Source: Centroscyllium fabricii (Eukaryota). From it: 64,000 bases of DNA. The notes under the pieces are model-generated. The model had not been told where the DNA came from and searched no databases. It saw only the letters and a list, made by a program, of their open reading frames with translations. This document shows positions 1 to 12,253 of this stretch, in pieces; the stretch's first letter is position 1, and the number at the start of each line of letters is the position of its first letter. A program made the translations under genes and the position numbers. Location of the stretch: positions 222,766,001 to 222,830,000 of the forward strand of contig JBNRSN020000003.1 of assembly GCA_051313645.2 (NCBI GenBank), in the 5' to 3' direction.

Positions 1-130
1 AGGGGGATTGTGATATATTTGAACAAATTAGTATTGAGAGGGAGGAGGTACTAGCGATTTTAGCGGGCTTAAAAATGGATAACTCCCCAGACTGTGACGG
101 GATGTATCCCAGGCTGCTGTGTGAGGCAAG
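1..130 (+). mobile_element. CR1 LINE ORF2 fragment, cut by the window start
   Basis: Translates to IEREEVLAILAGLKMDNSP..DGMYPRLL.EA, matching the CR1 copy at about 18030. Confidence 0.75.
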
Positions 131-914
131 AGTTTTTTTATCAGGGTAATTATCGGGAAAGTTACGGATGAAAATATCAGCTGTAATGTCCCCTTTTCAT
201 CAGGTAAGTCTTTATTTTATTCAATGTAAACATTTTTTTCTACAGGTTTTTCATTTTTAAATAATTTAAACAAAGGTAAGTTGTTTTTAGACCGGTTAAG
301 CACTTTAATGTTTTTTTATTTTTTATTTTTTTTGTTTAAAATAGCTAATTTATGTTATTGATAGTAATTTTAAATAATGTGATGTTTTTTTAAAATTTAT
401 TTTAATGTTTAGTGTGGTTTTGGGGCTCATAAGTTTAACAGATCTTTCTTTGCTCCGATTGGCCACCATGTGGTCCCGCGCGGAGCCTCGCACTATCTCC
501 GACGCTGAGTTGCCTCAGCACGGCGTGTGGGGCTTGCAGCTCAGCCAGAAATTGGGATTTCAAATCCCAGAAGAGGAGAAAGTTCTGTGCGCTCCGTAAG
601 TGCAGGTTGGAAGCCTACAACCCGAATTTCTAATGAAGCTCTATTCCTCAGATTTTGGCAGACATTTAAATTGAACTGATGTGGGATGGCTTTCCCAGGG
701 TCAGAGAAACCAGGCAGATGAAGAGAGGTTTGGCGATGCCTGAGCGAGGAGGTAAATGCTTTTCCAGCATTGCTCGTGGGCCAGGAGGAGCAGGAGTGTT
801 TCCACCCGGATGCTCAAGCAAAACTTCTGCTGTGATCTGCCTCCCTTTCTCAAAATTGATTGACTCCCTGCAATTGACTGAGCCCCCAGCAAGCGACCAA
901 TCCTCCTTGATTAA

Positions 915-2325
915 CTGACCCCCCCGATCAACTGACCTCCCCCACGATCGACCCCCCACACGATCAACTGAACTCCCTACGATCGACCCCCCACACGATC
1001 AACTGAACTCCTTACGATCGACTCCCCTACACGATCGACTGACCTCCCCACAATCGACTAAACCCCCCACGATCGACTGACCCCCCCAAGATTGACTAAA
1101 CCCCCCATGATCGACTGACCTCCCCACGATCGACTAAACCCCCCACGATCGACTGACTCCTCCACGATCAACTGAACCCCCACAATCGACTGACCCCCAT
1201 GATCAAGCGACCGCCCCACGATCGACACCCCATGATCGACCGACCCCTCCATGACCGACCGACCCCCCCATGATCAACTGACCCCCCCCACAATCGACTG
1301 ACCCCCCGGCGATTGACCGACCCCCCCACGATCGACCCCCCCCACGATTGAGTCCCCCCATGATCGAGCGACCCCCCACAATTGGCTGACCCCCCACGAT
1401 CGACTAAACCCACCACGATTGGCTGACCGCCCCACGATCAACTGAATCCCCCACAATCGACTGACCCCCCATGATCAAGCGCCCTCCCCACGATCGACCC
1501 CCCACGATCAACCCCCCATGATCGACCGACCCCCCCATGACCGACTGACCCCCCCATGATCAACTGAACCCCAACAATCGAGCGACGCCCCCGCGATTGA
1601 CCGATCCCCCCACGATCGAGCCCCCCACGATCGAGCGACCCCCCACGATTGACCGACCCCCCACGATCGTCCGACTTCCCCACAATCGATTGACCCCCTC
1701 GATCGAAATCCCCCACGATCGAACCCCCCACGATCAACTGAACCTCGCACGATCGACTGATCCCCCCATGATCAACTGAGCTCCCCACGATGAATCGATC
1801 CCCCCCACGATCGACCGACTCCCCACAATCAATCGACCCCCCGATCGACCCCCCCACAATCGACTGAACCTCCCACGATCGACCAACCCCTCCCGTGATT
1901 GACCGACCTCCTCACGATCGACTCACCGCCCCATGATCTGTCTCCCTCCACGCAATTGACCATCCCCCTGCGAGCGATTGAAACCGGTACGATTGACCAA
2001 CCTGCCCAGCCTGCGATCAACAAATTTCCCAGCGATGAGCAGATCACCCCTCAGCGATTGACCGATATCCCATGATTGATTGCACCCCACAGTCGAGCGA
2101 CCTCCCACAATCGATTGAACAACCCCCGGCTATTGACTGACTCCACCTCACGATCAACTGACTCCCTACCCATGATCGGACGCCCTCGTTGTGATTGAAT
2201 GACCTGCAGCTTTCAGCCGACCCCCCAAACCCCGTGATCAATTGCCCTCACCCCCCAGCGATTGACCAATTGCCCGCGATCGGCCAACTCCCCCCCCACC
2301 ATGATCGACCCCCCTGCGATAGGCC
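915..2325. repeat. C-rich minisatellite, about 16-22 bp degenerate unit (CCCCCCACGATCGACTGA-like)
   Basis: Dozens of tandem CACGATCGAC/CATGATCAAC units separated by C runs; source of many spurious Gly-rich ORFs. Confidence 0.9.
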
Positions 2326-2681
2326 TATCGGGCGCCTGCTCCCTTCTCGCCTCCCATGAATATTGGGGTCATTGTTTATGCATTTCATATGCAAAAAGAC
2401 AGAATCTCAACATAAAGAGGAAATAACAAGCAAATAGAGCAGCAAATGACTTTATTCCCACAGGATTCATTTGCAAATTATTGCAAGCACCACCTATTTG
2501 ACACTGATTTAAAAAAATGTTTCCATCAGCTAATTTCTCAGGTATCACAGTTTACTCACAGCATTAAGAAAAGCCGGAAACATGAGAATTATTTCAGCAC
2601 GCGCTACAGCTCTTTAAATCAACAGCGATTTGGTGTTAAAGGTACTGGAACGTTTGCATTTGTACTCAAAATTAGAGTTAT

Positions 2682-3085
2682 GGGCGGCACGGTGGCATAG
2701 TGGTTAGCACTGTTGCCTTACAGCACTAGAGACCGGGGTTCAAATCCAGCCTCGGGTACTATCTGTGTGGAGTTTGCACATTCTCCCCGTGTCTGCGTGG
2801 GTTTCCTCAGGTTTCCTCCCACAGTCTAAAGATGTGCGGGTTAGGTTGATTGGCCATGATAAATTGACCCTTAATGGTAGGGCGATTGAATATGTGGGGT
2901 TACGGGGATAGGGTGGGATATGTGTCGGTGCAGGCTCGATAGGGATTGAGGGATATGGGGACAAGGCAGGGGCGGGGTACTGGGTTTGGATGATCAGCCA
3001 TGATCTCATTGAATGGCGGAGCAGGCTCGAAGGGCCGGATGGCCTACTCCTGCTCCTATCTTCTATGTTTCTATGTTTCTATATG
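2682..3085 (+). mobile_element. HE1-like tRNA-derived V-SINE with CR1-derived tail
   Basis: GGGCGGCACGGTGGCATAGTGG A box, GGTTCAAATCC B box, V-domain (TGTGTGGAGTTTGCAC...GGTTTCCTCCCACAGTC), 3' end shared with local CR1s, (TTTCTATG)n tail. Confidence 0.9.
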
Positions 3086-3734
3086 TTTAAATCTCGACAT
3101 TGTTAGCGGCTGTAAACAATAAAATTTGGCAATGCAGCTTACTGTCTGATCTGGAGCAGTGTAACATGGCCAGAGAATGTCAAAATAGACTGAAGCACAA
3201 TTATATTTATTGCATGCTGAACATCTTGTGGCTCAATGTCTGAATGATGCAATTGACATTTATGGTGCATTGATCAATCAGAAAAATAGAAAATGGCAAG
3301 GAGGCATTTCAGATATATCAGCTGAAATAATAAATCTAGCTTTAATAGAATAATAACTAGCACAACACCATCATATCACAAAAATAATCTCCCCTGTCCA
3401 TTTTTTATTAACTTTAGAAGCTAAAAGAATCTGACAGTATCTGATGCATGAATATTTGCCATGGTTTAATATTGGCTGTGATTTCCCCAGAGCAGACAGC
3501 AGCAAATTTAACACTTGTTCAGCCAGCAGTAAATTGATTTCCAGGCAAAAGCTGAATTTTCCATAAAAAGGTAGAAATATTTTTTGGCAACGATATTAAT
3601 CAAGGATTAAAATGGTTTAATCTAATGAGGCACAATAGTGTCTGCGCACAATGGGCCCGATAATACCTCAGAGCCGGAAAAAGAGCAGGGGGAAAATTTT
3701 CAGATGGGAAGCCTGGAGGTATGGCTTCCCCGCA

Positions 3735-4622
3735 GGGGGGCGGGCGACCAATCCACTCTCAGGAGGTGGTTCGGGGGTGGGGGCGGGCGTCCAATCAACT
3801 CTCTGGGGGCGGGTCAGGGGTGGGGAGGCGTCCAATCAACTCTCAGGAGGTGGGTCAGAGATTGGGGGGGCATTGAGCGGGCATCCAATCCACTGTCAGG
3901 AGGTGGGGTGGGGTTTGGGGCAGGTGTCCAATCAACTCTCAGGAGGCGGGTCGGGGTGGGGGGTGAGGTTAAGCGGGTGTCCAATCCACTCCCAGGAGGT
4001 GGGTCACAGGGGTGGGGGCAGGCATCAAATCCACTCTCAGGAGGCGGGTCGGGGTGGGGGGTGAGGTTGAGCGGGTGTCCAATCCACTCTCAGGAGGCGG
4101 GTCGGGGGTGGGGGCGGGCATCAAATCCACTCCCAGGAGGTGGGTCGGGGTGGGGGCGGGCATCCAATCCACTGTCAAGAGGCGGGTCACAGGGGTGGGG
4201 GCAGGCATCCAATCCAGTCTCAGGAGGCGGGTCACGGGGGTGGTGGGGGGGGGGTTGGGGGGGTTGAGCAGTTGACCAATCCACTTTCAGGAGGTGGGTC
4301 GGGGGTGGGGGGCTGTTGAGCAGGTGTCTCTCAGGTGGTGAGTGGGCAGGGGCATCCAATCCACTCTCAGGAGGCGGGTCACAGAGGTGGGGTGGTTGAG
4401 CGGGCGTCCAATCAATTTTCAGGAGGTGGGTCGGGGGTGGGGGCGTTGAGCAAGCGTCTCTCAGGTGGTGAGGGGGCGGGGGTGTCCAATCCACTCTCAG
4501 GAGGTGGGGTGGGGGGTTGCGGGTGACCAATCAACACTCAGGAGGCGGGTCGAGGTGGGGGATGGGACGACCAATCCACTCTCAAAAGGCGGGATGTGGG
4601 GGGACGGCCAATCCACTCTCAG
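3735..4622. repeat. G-rich minisatellite, about 40-55 bp unit (CCAATCCACTCTCAGGAGGCGGGTCGGGGTGGGGG)
   Basis: Many tandem units with conserved CCAATCMACTCTCAGGAGG core and G tracts. Confidence 0.9.
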
Positions 4623-4842
4623 ATTACAATCTATTTTAGCCTAAGAGAAGTCCGAAGAAGATTGATTGAATCGGGGTCAAATGAATGGAGTCTGTGGCAG
4701 GGGCCAAATATAATGACAATTTGGTTTTGTACTGGAAGGAATTGTGGCTCATCAGGTTTGATGTCAGACAAACAATCCATAAATCAAGAAGATGTTGAGG
4801 GGGTAGATTTTAACTATCAAACATCTGGTCAATTTGAGAGGT

Positions 4843-6430
4843 TATTTTTATTTGTTTATGGGATCAGGGCATCACTGGCAATGGCAACATTTATTGCCCA
4901 TTCCTAGTTGCCCTTGAGAAGGTGGTGGTGAACCACCTTCTTGAACCGCTGCAGTCTGTGTGGTGATGGTACTCCCACAGTGCTGTTAGGTAGAGAGTTC
5001 CAGGATTTTGACCCAGCGACGATGAAGGATCAGCGTTATACTTCTAAGTCAGGATGGTGTGTGACTTGGTGGGGAACTTGGAGGTGGTGGTGTTCCCATG
5101 TGCCTGCTGCCCTTGTCCTTCTAGGTGGAAGAGGTCGCAGATTTGGGAGGTGCTGTCGAAGAAACCTTGGTGAGTTGTTGCAGTGCATCTTGTAGATGGT
5201 ACACACTGCAGCCACGGTACGCCGGTGGTAGAGGGAGTGAATGTTTAAGTTGGTGGATGGGGTGCCAATCAATCGGGCTGCTTTGTCCTAAATGGTGTCG
5301 AGCTTCTTGAGTGTTGTTAGAGCTGCACTCATCCAGGCAAGTGGAGAGTATCCCATCACACTCCTTACTTGTGCCGTGTAGATTGTGGAAAGGCTTTGGG
5401 GAGTCAGGAGGTTAGACACTCGCCACAGAATACCTAGCCTCTGACCTGCTCTTGTTGCCACAGTATTTATGTGGCTGGTCCAGTTAAGTTTCTGGTTAAT
5501 GGCGACCCCCAGGATGTTGACAGTGGGGGATTCGGCGATGGTAATGCCATTGAATATCAAGGGGAGGTGGTTAGACTCTTGCTTGTTGGAGATAGTCCTT
5601 AGCTGGCATGAATGTTACCTGCCACTTATCAGCCCAAGCCTGAATGTTATCCAGGATTTGTTGCATGCGGGCACGGACTGCTTTATTATCTGAGGAGTTG
5701 CGAATGGCTCTGAACACTGTGCAGTCATCAGCAAACATCTCAATTTCTGACCTTATGTTGGAGGGAAGGTCATTGATAAAGCAGCTGAAGATGGTTGGGT
5801 CTAGGAAACTGCCCTGATGAACTCCTGCAGCAATGTCCTGGGGCTGTGATGATTGACCTTCAACCACCACAACCATCTTCCTTTGTGCTAGGTATGACTC
5901 CAACCAGTGGAGCATTTTCCCCCTGATTCCTATTGACTTTAGTTTTACTAGGGCTCCTTGAAGCCACACTCGGCCAAATGCTACCTTGATGTTAAGGGCA
6001 GTCACTCTCACCTCACCTCTGGAATCCAGTTCCTTTGTCCATGTTTGGACTAAAGCTGTAATGAGGTTGGGAGCCGAGTGGTCTTGGCAGAACCCAAACT
6101 TGGCATCAGTGAGCAGGTTATTAGTGAGTAAGTGTCGCTTGATAGCACTGTTGGTGACACCTTCCATCACTTTGCTGATAATCGAGAGTAGACTGATGGG
6201 GTGGTAATTGGCTGGGTTGGATTTGTCCTGCTTTTTGTGGACAGGACATATCTGGGCAGTTTTCCACATTGTCAGATAAATGCCAGTGTTGCAGCTGTAC
6301 TGTATTCAGCTTGGCTAGTGGCGTGGCTAGTTCTGGAGCACATGTTTTCAGCACGATAGCTGGGATGTTGTCAGGGCCCATAGCCTTTGCTGTATCCAGT
6401 GTGTGCAGCCATTTCTTGATATCACATGGA
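4843..6430 (-). mobile_element. CR1-group LINE (second family), 5'-truncated, degenerate RT
   Basis: ORFs 5571-6269 (NPANYHPISLLS, QGS.L.P, FADD), 5288-5560 and 5036-5272; 3' end GGGCAATAAATG...AATAAAAAT. Confidence 0.9.
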
Positions 6431-7009
6431 CCTCATTACCATGCTGCCAGTGAGCTGCGTGTGCTAAATGGGCACCTTGCTGCAGCTTGCCAACTGTCAA
6501 GATGTTACAATATCGGGTGGCCCAGAGGTCAAGTCGGCTGGCAGGAAGGTAGTTCCAGGGGAGAGCCCGCAGTGGCCCACATTATTGCTCTTCCTGGTCC
6601 CACAAAATAAATGTTAAACTTACTTTTTTGGTGCCTTTACTGTTGGTAACACCAAGTAAAACTGGGCAGAAAGAGCACGAGGCACACCCTGTCCAGTGAT
6701 CCAGCAAAATTGCATTCAGCATCCCATGTATGTCATCGGACCCCAATTTGCATATTAAAGAACCGACTGCCTATAACAGGTGGGTGTTGCATCACCTGTG
6801 AAAGGCTCTATCTATATGCTCCCTCCCAGCAACATCATTTGTACGTATGGGATTAGATTCCACATGCACGTGAATAAAGTCAACACCATTTTTCCACATG
6901 TTCCCTTGACTCTTTGGGATAGCTTTTAACTTGGGCTGCCTGGTTTATGCTAATTCTCCAGTGCCCTGGGCTTCCTAGACGAGCCTGCCATTTGTCCTCA
7001 CCGCCGGTT

Positions 7010-7875
7010 GGCAGGCTGAATCTAGTGGGATGCTGCAAGGATCAGTGCTTGGGCCTCAGCTATTTACAGTCTATATCAATGACTTAGATGAAGGGACCGA
7101 GTGCAATGTGTTCAGGTTTGCTGATGATAGAAAGCTAGGTAGGAAAGTAAGCTGTGAGGAGGACATAAAGAGCCTGCAAAGGAATATAGCCAGGCTAAAT
7201 TAGTGGGCAATAAGGTGGCAGATGGAGTATAGTGTGAGGAAATGTGAGGTTATGCACTTTGGAAGGAAGAATTGAAAAACAGAATATTTTTTCAATGGTG
7301 AGAAGCTATTAAATGTTGGTGTTCAGGGAGATTTGGGTGTCCTCATACAGGAAACACAGAAAGTTAGCATGCAGGTACAGCAAGCAATTAAGAAGGCAAA
7401 TGGCATGTTGGCCTTTATTACAAGGGGGTTGGAGTACAAGAGTAGGGAAGTCTTACTACAATTGTACAGTGCTTTGGTGAGCCCAAACCTGGAGTACTGT
7501 ACATAGTTTTGGTTTCCTTATCTGAGAAAGGACATACATGCATTAGAGGTAGTGCAACAAAGGTCCACTAGGTTGACCCCTGGGATGAGAAATTTGTCCT
7601 ATGAGGAAAGATTCAGTAGATTGGGCCTATACTCTCTGGAGTTTAGAAAAATGAGAGGCGATCTCATTGAAACAAAGAAGATTCTGAGGGAGGATTGACA
7701 GGGTAGATGCTGAGAGGTTGTTTCCCCTGGCTGGAGAGTCTAGAACTAAGGGGAATAGTCTTCAGAGAAGGGGTCGGCCATTTAAGACTGAGATGAGGAT
7801 GAATTTCATCACTCCGAAGGTTGTGAATCTTTGGAATTCTCTGCCCCAGTGGGCTGTGGATGCTGAGTTGTTGAG
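7010..7875 (+). mobile_element. CR1/HER1-like LINE, 5' part, interrupted by a Gypsy insertion
   Basis: QGSVLGP and FADD-like RT coding sequence; resumes at 16850 after TTGAG TSD. Confidence 0.85.
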
Positions 7876-8351
7876 TGTGGTAATCGTGCAATATACCACT
7901 GTACACAGTTGCTGGTTCACCTGTACTGTATTGTAGGCCAGGTCAGCCACACCCCTAACTCCTCCCCTCAGGTCAGAGCATATAGGTGAGAGCTGCCCTG
8001 CCCCCGCTCATTCTTCACCTTGACCTCATCAGGAGACCAGCTCCATTCTTAGTTAATAAAAGCCTGTAGCGCCGGCAGGCCTAGGAACCACACGTGAGCC
8101 AGAGCTAGAGAAAAACACAGCTTTAATCACTAGTACAAAACAAGAAAGAGACTGAACCACTTGAGACAGGCATATTTAAACGGTCCCGCGGTTGGTGACG
8201 TCATCGCGTCGGCCGACGTGATGACGTCATCGCGTCACCCGGATGAGCGGGGCTTTGCTCCGCGGAGTCCCCGTGGCGGATTCAATGTCCCCATGGGCGT
8301 ACCGCCACACAGCTCAACCCAGAATCCGTCCGGGAGGAATAGTGACAGTGT

Positions 8352-11300
8352 CTATGTGTGCCATTGGGGTGGCCGGATGATGCGGCCGGACCGTGTTGCT
8401 AGTAGTCTCTGGTTCTGCGGTGGAGTGCGGGCGGGTTTTGTTGTGGGAGGGCGACCGCGTTGAGGTGGTTGTGCGGGGACCGTGGTCTCGCCCGCTATCA
8501 CATGTGCCGGCTTGAGCCGGTCTATTGTTACAGTGTCAGTCCTGTTACCCATTTGTAATTCGAAAGCTTTCGCTCCCGCCCGAAGCACTCTGTAGGGGCC
8601 ATCATAAGGTGGCTGTAGTGGAGATCGGTGTCCGTCGCGCCGAACGAACACAAATTTGGCATTTTTAATGTTGTCCGGCACCCGAGCTGCCGGCTCTCCG
8701 TGCCGGGCCTCTGGTAGTGGCTGGAAAGCTCGTGCCGGGTTAGCAAAATCTTTTAAATACTGGTCGGCTGACCAGGGAGCGTTGGGCTCAGCCAGGAACT
8801 CGCCCGGCACCGTTAAAGTTTGGCCGTAGACGAGCTCCGCTGCCGAGGCGTTGAGGTCTTCTTTGACTGCCGAGCGCAGCCCGAGGAGGACCCATGGAAG
8901 GCGGTCGGTCCACGATGCGTCCTTTAGCGTGGCCCGTAGTGATGCCTTCATTGAGCGGTGGAACCGTTCGCATAGGCCGTTCGCCTGTGGGTGGTATGCG
9001 GTGGTTCGGTGTAGTGTTACCCCGAGGTCGCGGGCGATGGCCGCCCATAATGCCGACGTAAACTGGGGTCCTCTGTCGGAGGTGATGTCTGTGGGCACGC
9101 CAAATCGGGCGACCCAGGTAGCGATGAACGCCCTGGCCAAGTCCGTGGTGCCGGTGGCAGTGAGGGGGACTGCTTCTGGCCAGCGAGTGTTGCGGTCGAC
9201 CATGGTCATTAGGTGCGTGTGGCCCCGGGATGGCGGTAGTGGCCTGACGAGATCTATGTGGACGTGGTCAAAACGCCTGGCCGGTACTTTAAAATTTTCC
9301 AGCGGTGCCCTGATGTGCTTATGCACTTTGGAGCGCTGGCAGGCTATGCAGGAGCTGGCCCAGGTGCGGACGTCTTTGCGCAGGCCGCGCCATACGAAAC
9401 GGGCCGATATAAGCTTAATGGACGCGCGGGCGCCAGGGTGGGACAGGTCATGGAGGGTCCTAAAGATATGTTGCCTCCAAGCGTGGGGCACGACGGGCCT
9501 GGGTTGCGGTAACGAAACGTCGCAGCAGATGACGGTGGCAGCGGGGCCGTGCGCGATATTGGCCAAGTGGAGGCCGGGGAGATTAGTTGCTGCGTTAAGT
9601 AGGTCAGGGTCGGCCAGCTGGTCAGCGGCCAGCTGGGCGTAATCGACCGCCATTTGGGCGGCGTTAATGGTGGGGCGTGAGAGGCAGTCAGCAACCACGT
9701 TGTCGCGGCCGGAAATGTGCTGTATGTCGGTTGTAAATTCCGACACGCCCGCGAGTTGGCGCTGCTGCCTGGCCGACCAGGGTTCAGCGACCTTAGCCAT
9801 CGCAAATGTGAGTGGCTTATGGTCGCTGAAGGCTGTAAAGTGGCGGCCCTCCAAGAGGAAACGAAAATGTCGCACCGCCAGATGGAGAGCGAGCAGCTCT
9901 CTATCAAAGGCGCTGTATTTAACCTCTGGGGGCCGGAGTTGCCGGCTGAAAAAGGCCAAGGGCTGCCATGAGTTGCCGGTCCACTGCTCAAATACGGCCC
10001 CGACCGCATGGTCGGAGGCGTCGGTGGTGAGGGCTACTCTGGCGTTGGGCCTAGGGTGGGCTAGGAGGGTGGCGTTTGCCAGGGCTGTTTTAGTTGCGGT
10101 AAAGGCGGTGGCGGCTTCGGCCGTCCACTCGACCGCAGCCTTATTGGACTGCCCGCGGGTGGCCTGGTATAAGGGGGCCATGAGAGCGGCTGCTCCAGGG
10201 ATAAAGCGGTTATAAAAATTAACCATCGCCAGAAATTCGTGCAGCCCTTTAATGGAGTGCGGGCGGGGGAATTCTTGTACCGCCTGAACCTTCGAGGGCA
10301 GGGGTATGGCCCCTGTTTGGGAAATGCGGTGGCCGAAGAAGTCAATGGTCTCGAGGCCGAATTTACATTTGGTGGGGCTTAAGATAAGGCCGTGTTCAGT
10401 AAGGCATTGGAACAGGGTCCTGAGGTGCAGAAGGTGTTCCTGGGGGGAGGTGCTGGCCACGAGGATGTCGTCTAAGTAGACGAAGATGAACTTCAAGTCC
10501 CGTAGGACCGAGTCCATGAGGCGCTGGAAGGCCTGGGCCGCGTTTTTAAGGCCGAAGGGCATCCTAAGAAACTCGAAGAGTCCGAAGGGGGTAATTACGT
10601 CCGTTTTGGGAATATCCGCCGGGTGCACCGGAACCTGGTGATAGCCACGCACCAGGTCGATCTTAGAGAACATCGTACAACCCGCTAATCTGGTGGAAAA
10701 ATCCTGGATGTGGGGTACGGGGTACCTATCTGGGGTGGTGGCGTTATTAAAGCGGCGGTAGTCGCCGCAGGGGCGCCAACCTCCGTCGGGCTTGGGGGCT
10801 ATGTGGAGCGGAGAGGACCAGGGGCTGCTGGAGCGGCAGATTATACCGAGTTGCTCCATAGTGCGGAACTCGGTGCGCGCGATCTCCTGCTTGGCCGGGT
10901 CGAGCCTACGGGCGTGGGCATGGACGGGCGGGCCTGTGTTGGTAATAAAATGTTCCACCCAGTGTTTGGCCTTGCGGGCGGTGAACATGGGGTTGGTTAG
11001 GGCGGGGAACTCTGCCAGGAGCGTGCCGTAGGCATCGGAGTCCCTGGAGCTGAATTGGGCTGCCGCGTGGGCCACGAGTACGGGCCCTGTAGAGCATGGG
11101 ATGGTCGTCATGGTGTTTAAATTCACCAAGCGGCGCCGAGTTACATCGACCAGTAGGCCGTAGGCGCAGAGGAAGTCTGCCCCGAGGAGGGGAGAAGTGA
11201 CCTGGGCCGTTACAAAATCCCAGGTGTACGCGTGGCTTGCAAGGGTTATAGTTAGCTTGCGGGTGCCGTACGTTTTTATATTAGAGCCGTTGGCTGCCGC

Positions 11301-12179
11301 TAGTGGCGGGCCCCGGGTACCTTGTTTGGTTTCTGCAGGGGAGGCTGGCACAATGCTATGCTGCGCGCCTGTGTCGCAGAGGAACCTGAGGCCTGTACCG
11401 CTGTCTGTGGCGAAGAGCAGTGCTCCTGTGTGGCCTACAGACATGGTGGGGGCTGAGTTGGGCCGTGGCTTGAACGCGCATGGCTGGACGCAGCGGTGTG
11501 CTTTGTGTTCGAACCGCGTGTGGTGATAGCACCAGCCGGTGCTAGAGGGACGCGGTTGTCTGGGCGGGCGCGGGGCCCTAGGTTCAGGCGTAAAGTTGTG
11601 CCTGGGGGGTGATTGGCTGCGCTCTACCGATGCGGAGTTAGGGTCGCACGTGGTTGAGCGGGTGCGCTGGGCCTCCATGAGCCTGTCGGCCTCCTCTCCG
11701 AGTTCGTCATCGCTCCGGTGGCCAAGGGCCGCCAAGGCCGGTCTGATGGCGCGGGGCAGTTTGAGGAAGAAGACGGTGCGGAAGAGGGAGGCCGGGTTGG
11801 GTGTGAGTGCTTGCATCTGACCTAAGAGGTCCGATGGGTCTGCGTCCCCGAGTTCGGGGAGGTCGAGGAGCTGGCAGTCGCGCTCAAATTGGGAGGGGGT
11901 AAATCTTTTGATGAGCGCGGCCTTAAGCGTTTCATACCTGCCTGCGCTGGGCACGCGCTGGATTTTTGACCACATCCGATCAATCGTCGTCTGTGGTAGG
12001 GCTGTGAACACCAGGTCGTAGCGGTCGTCCCCGTTGATGCCATGTGTGCGGCAGCTGGCCTCGATGCAGACGAACCAGGCCGCTGGCCGTTGCTCCCAGA
12101 ACTCGGGTAGAGTCAATCCACGCCCGGCTTTCTGTCCAGCTCCTTGCGTTCGTGGAGCTTGGTTTCTTGGGTTAACCAT
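8352..12179 (-). CDS. gag-pol: Uninterrupted Gag-Pol polyprotein, 1275 aa (Gag-PR-RT-RNaseH-IN)
   Basis: LPEFW Gag start, CDTGA protease, MPFGLKNA and YLDD RT, TDAS RNase H, H-H-C-C and D,D,E integrase, PPYDGPY motif. Confidence 0.95.
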   Translation of the reverse strand: MVNPRNQAPRTQGAGQKAGRGLTLPEFWEQRPAAWFVCIEASCRTHGINGDDRYDLVFTALPQTTIDRMWSKIQRVPSAGRYETLKAALIKRFTPSQFERDCQLLDLPELGDADPSDLLGQMQALTPNPASLFRTVFFLKLPRAIRPALAALGHRSDDELGEEADRLMEAQRTRSTTCDPNSASVERSQSPPRHNFTPEPRAPRPPRQPRPSSTGWCYHHTRFEHKAHRCVQPCAFKPRPNSAPTMSVGHTGALLFATDSGTGLRFLCDTGAQHSIVPASPAETKQGTRGPPLAAANGSNIKTYGTRKLTITLASHAYTWDFVTAQVTSPLLGADFLCAYGLLVDVTRRRLVNLNTMTTIPCSTGPVLVAHAAAQFSSRDSDAYGTLLAEFPALTNPMFTARKAKHWVEHFITNTGPPVHAHARRLDPAKQEIARTEFRTMEQLGIICRSSSPWSSPLHIAPKPDGGWRPCGDYRRFNNATTPDRYPVPHIQDFSTRLAGCTMFSKIDLVRGYHQVPVHPADIPKTDVITPFGLFEFLRMPFGLKNAAQAFQRLMDSVLRDLKFIFVYLDDILVASTSPQEHLLHLRTLFQCLTEHGLILSPTKCKFGLETIDFFGHRISQTGAIPLPSKVQAVQEFPRPHSIKGLHEFLAMVNFYNRFIPGAAALMAPLYQATRGQSNKAAVEWTAEAATAFTATKTALANATLLAHPRPNARVALTTDASDHAVGAVFEQWTGNSWQPLAFFSRQLRPPEVKYSAFDRELLALHLAVRHFRFLLEGRHFTAFSDHKPLTFAMAKVAEPWSARQQRQLAGVSEFTTDIQHISGRDNVVADCLSRPTINAAQMAVDYAQLAADQLADPDLLNAATNLPGLHLANIAHGPAATVICCDVSLPQPRPVVPHAWRQHIFRTLHDLSHPGARASIKLISARFVWRGLRKDVRTWASSCIACQRSKVHKHIRAPLENFKVPARRFDHVHIDLVRPLPPSRGHTHLMTMVDRNTRWPEAVPLTATGTTDLARAFIATWVARFGVPTDITSDRGPQFTSALWAAIARDLGVTLHRTTAYHPQANGLCERFHRSMKASLRATLKDASWTDRLPWVLLGLRSAVKEDLNASAAELVYGQTLTVPGEFLAEPNAPWSADQYLKDFANPARAFQPLPEARHGEPAARVPDNIKNAKFVFVRRDGHRSPLQPPYDGPYRVLRAGAKAFELQMGNRTDTVTIDRLKPAHVIAGETTVPAQPPQRGRPPTTKPARTPPQNQRLLATRSGRIIRPPQWHT

Positions 12180-12253
12180 GCTTTCTGTTAAAAGTCTTTG
12201 GCTGGTGGTCCCAGATCCTGCGGCAGCTTATCTTCTCTGGAAGTCGTTCCAGT

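Noticed and set aside
130-660. Possible non-autonomous DNA element (also 6430-6830)
   Set aside because: No terminal repeats or TSD could be defined by eye
666-2241. Numerous Gly/Ser/Val-rich ORFs
   Set aside because: Translations of the C-rich minisatellite, open in several frames
3638-4530. 209-aa Gly-rich ORF and overlapping ORFs
   Set aside because: Artefact of the G-rich minisatellite
915-4622. CRISPR-like appearance of repeated cores
   Set aside because: Spacers are not unique, the context is eukaryotic and there are no cas genes
8851-10215. Long antisense ORFs over CsRn1 pol
   Set aside because: Expected shadow ORFs of GC-rich coding sequence; no motifs
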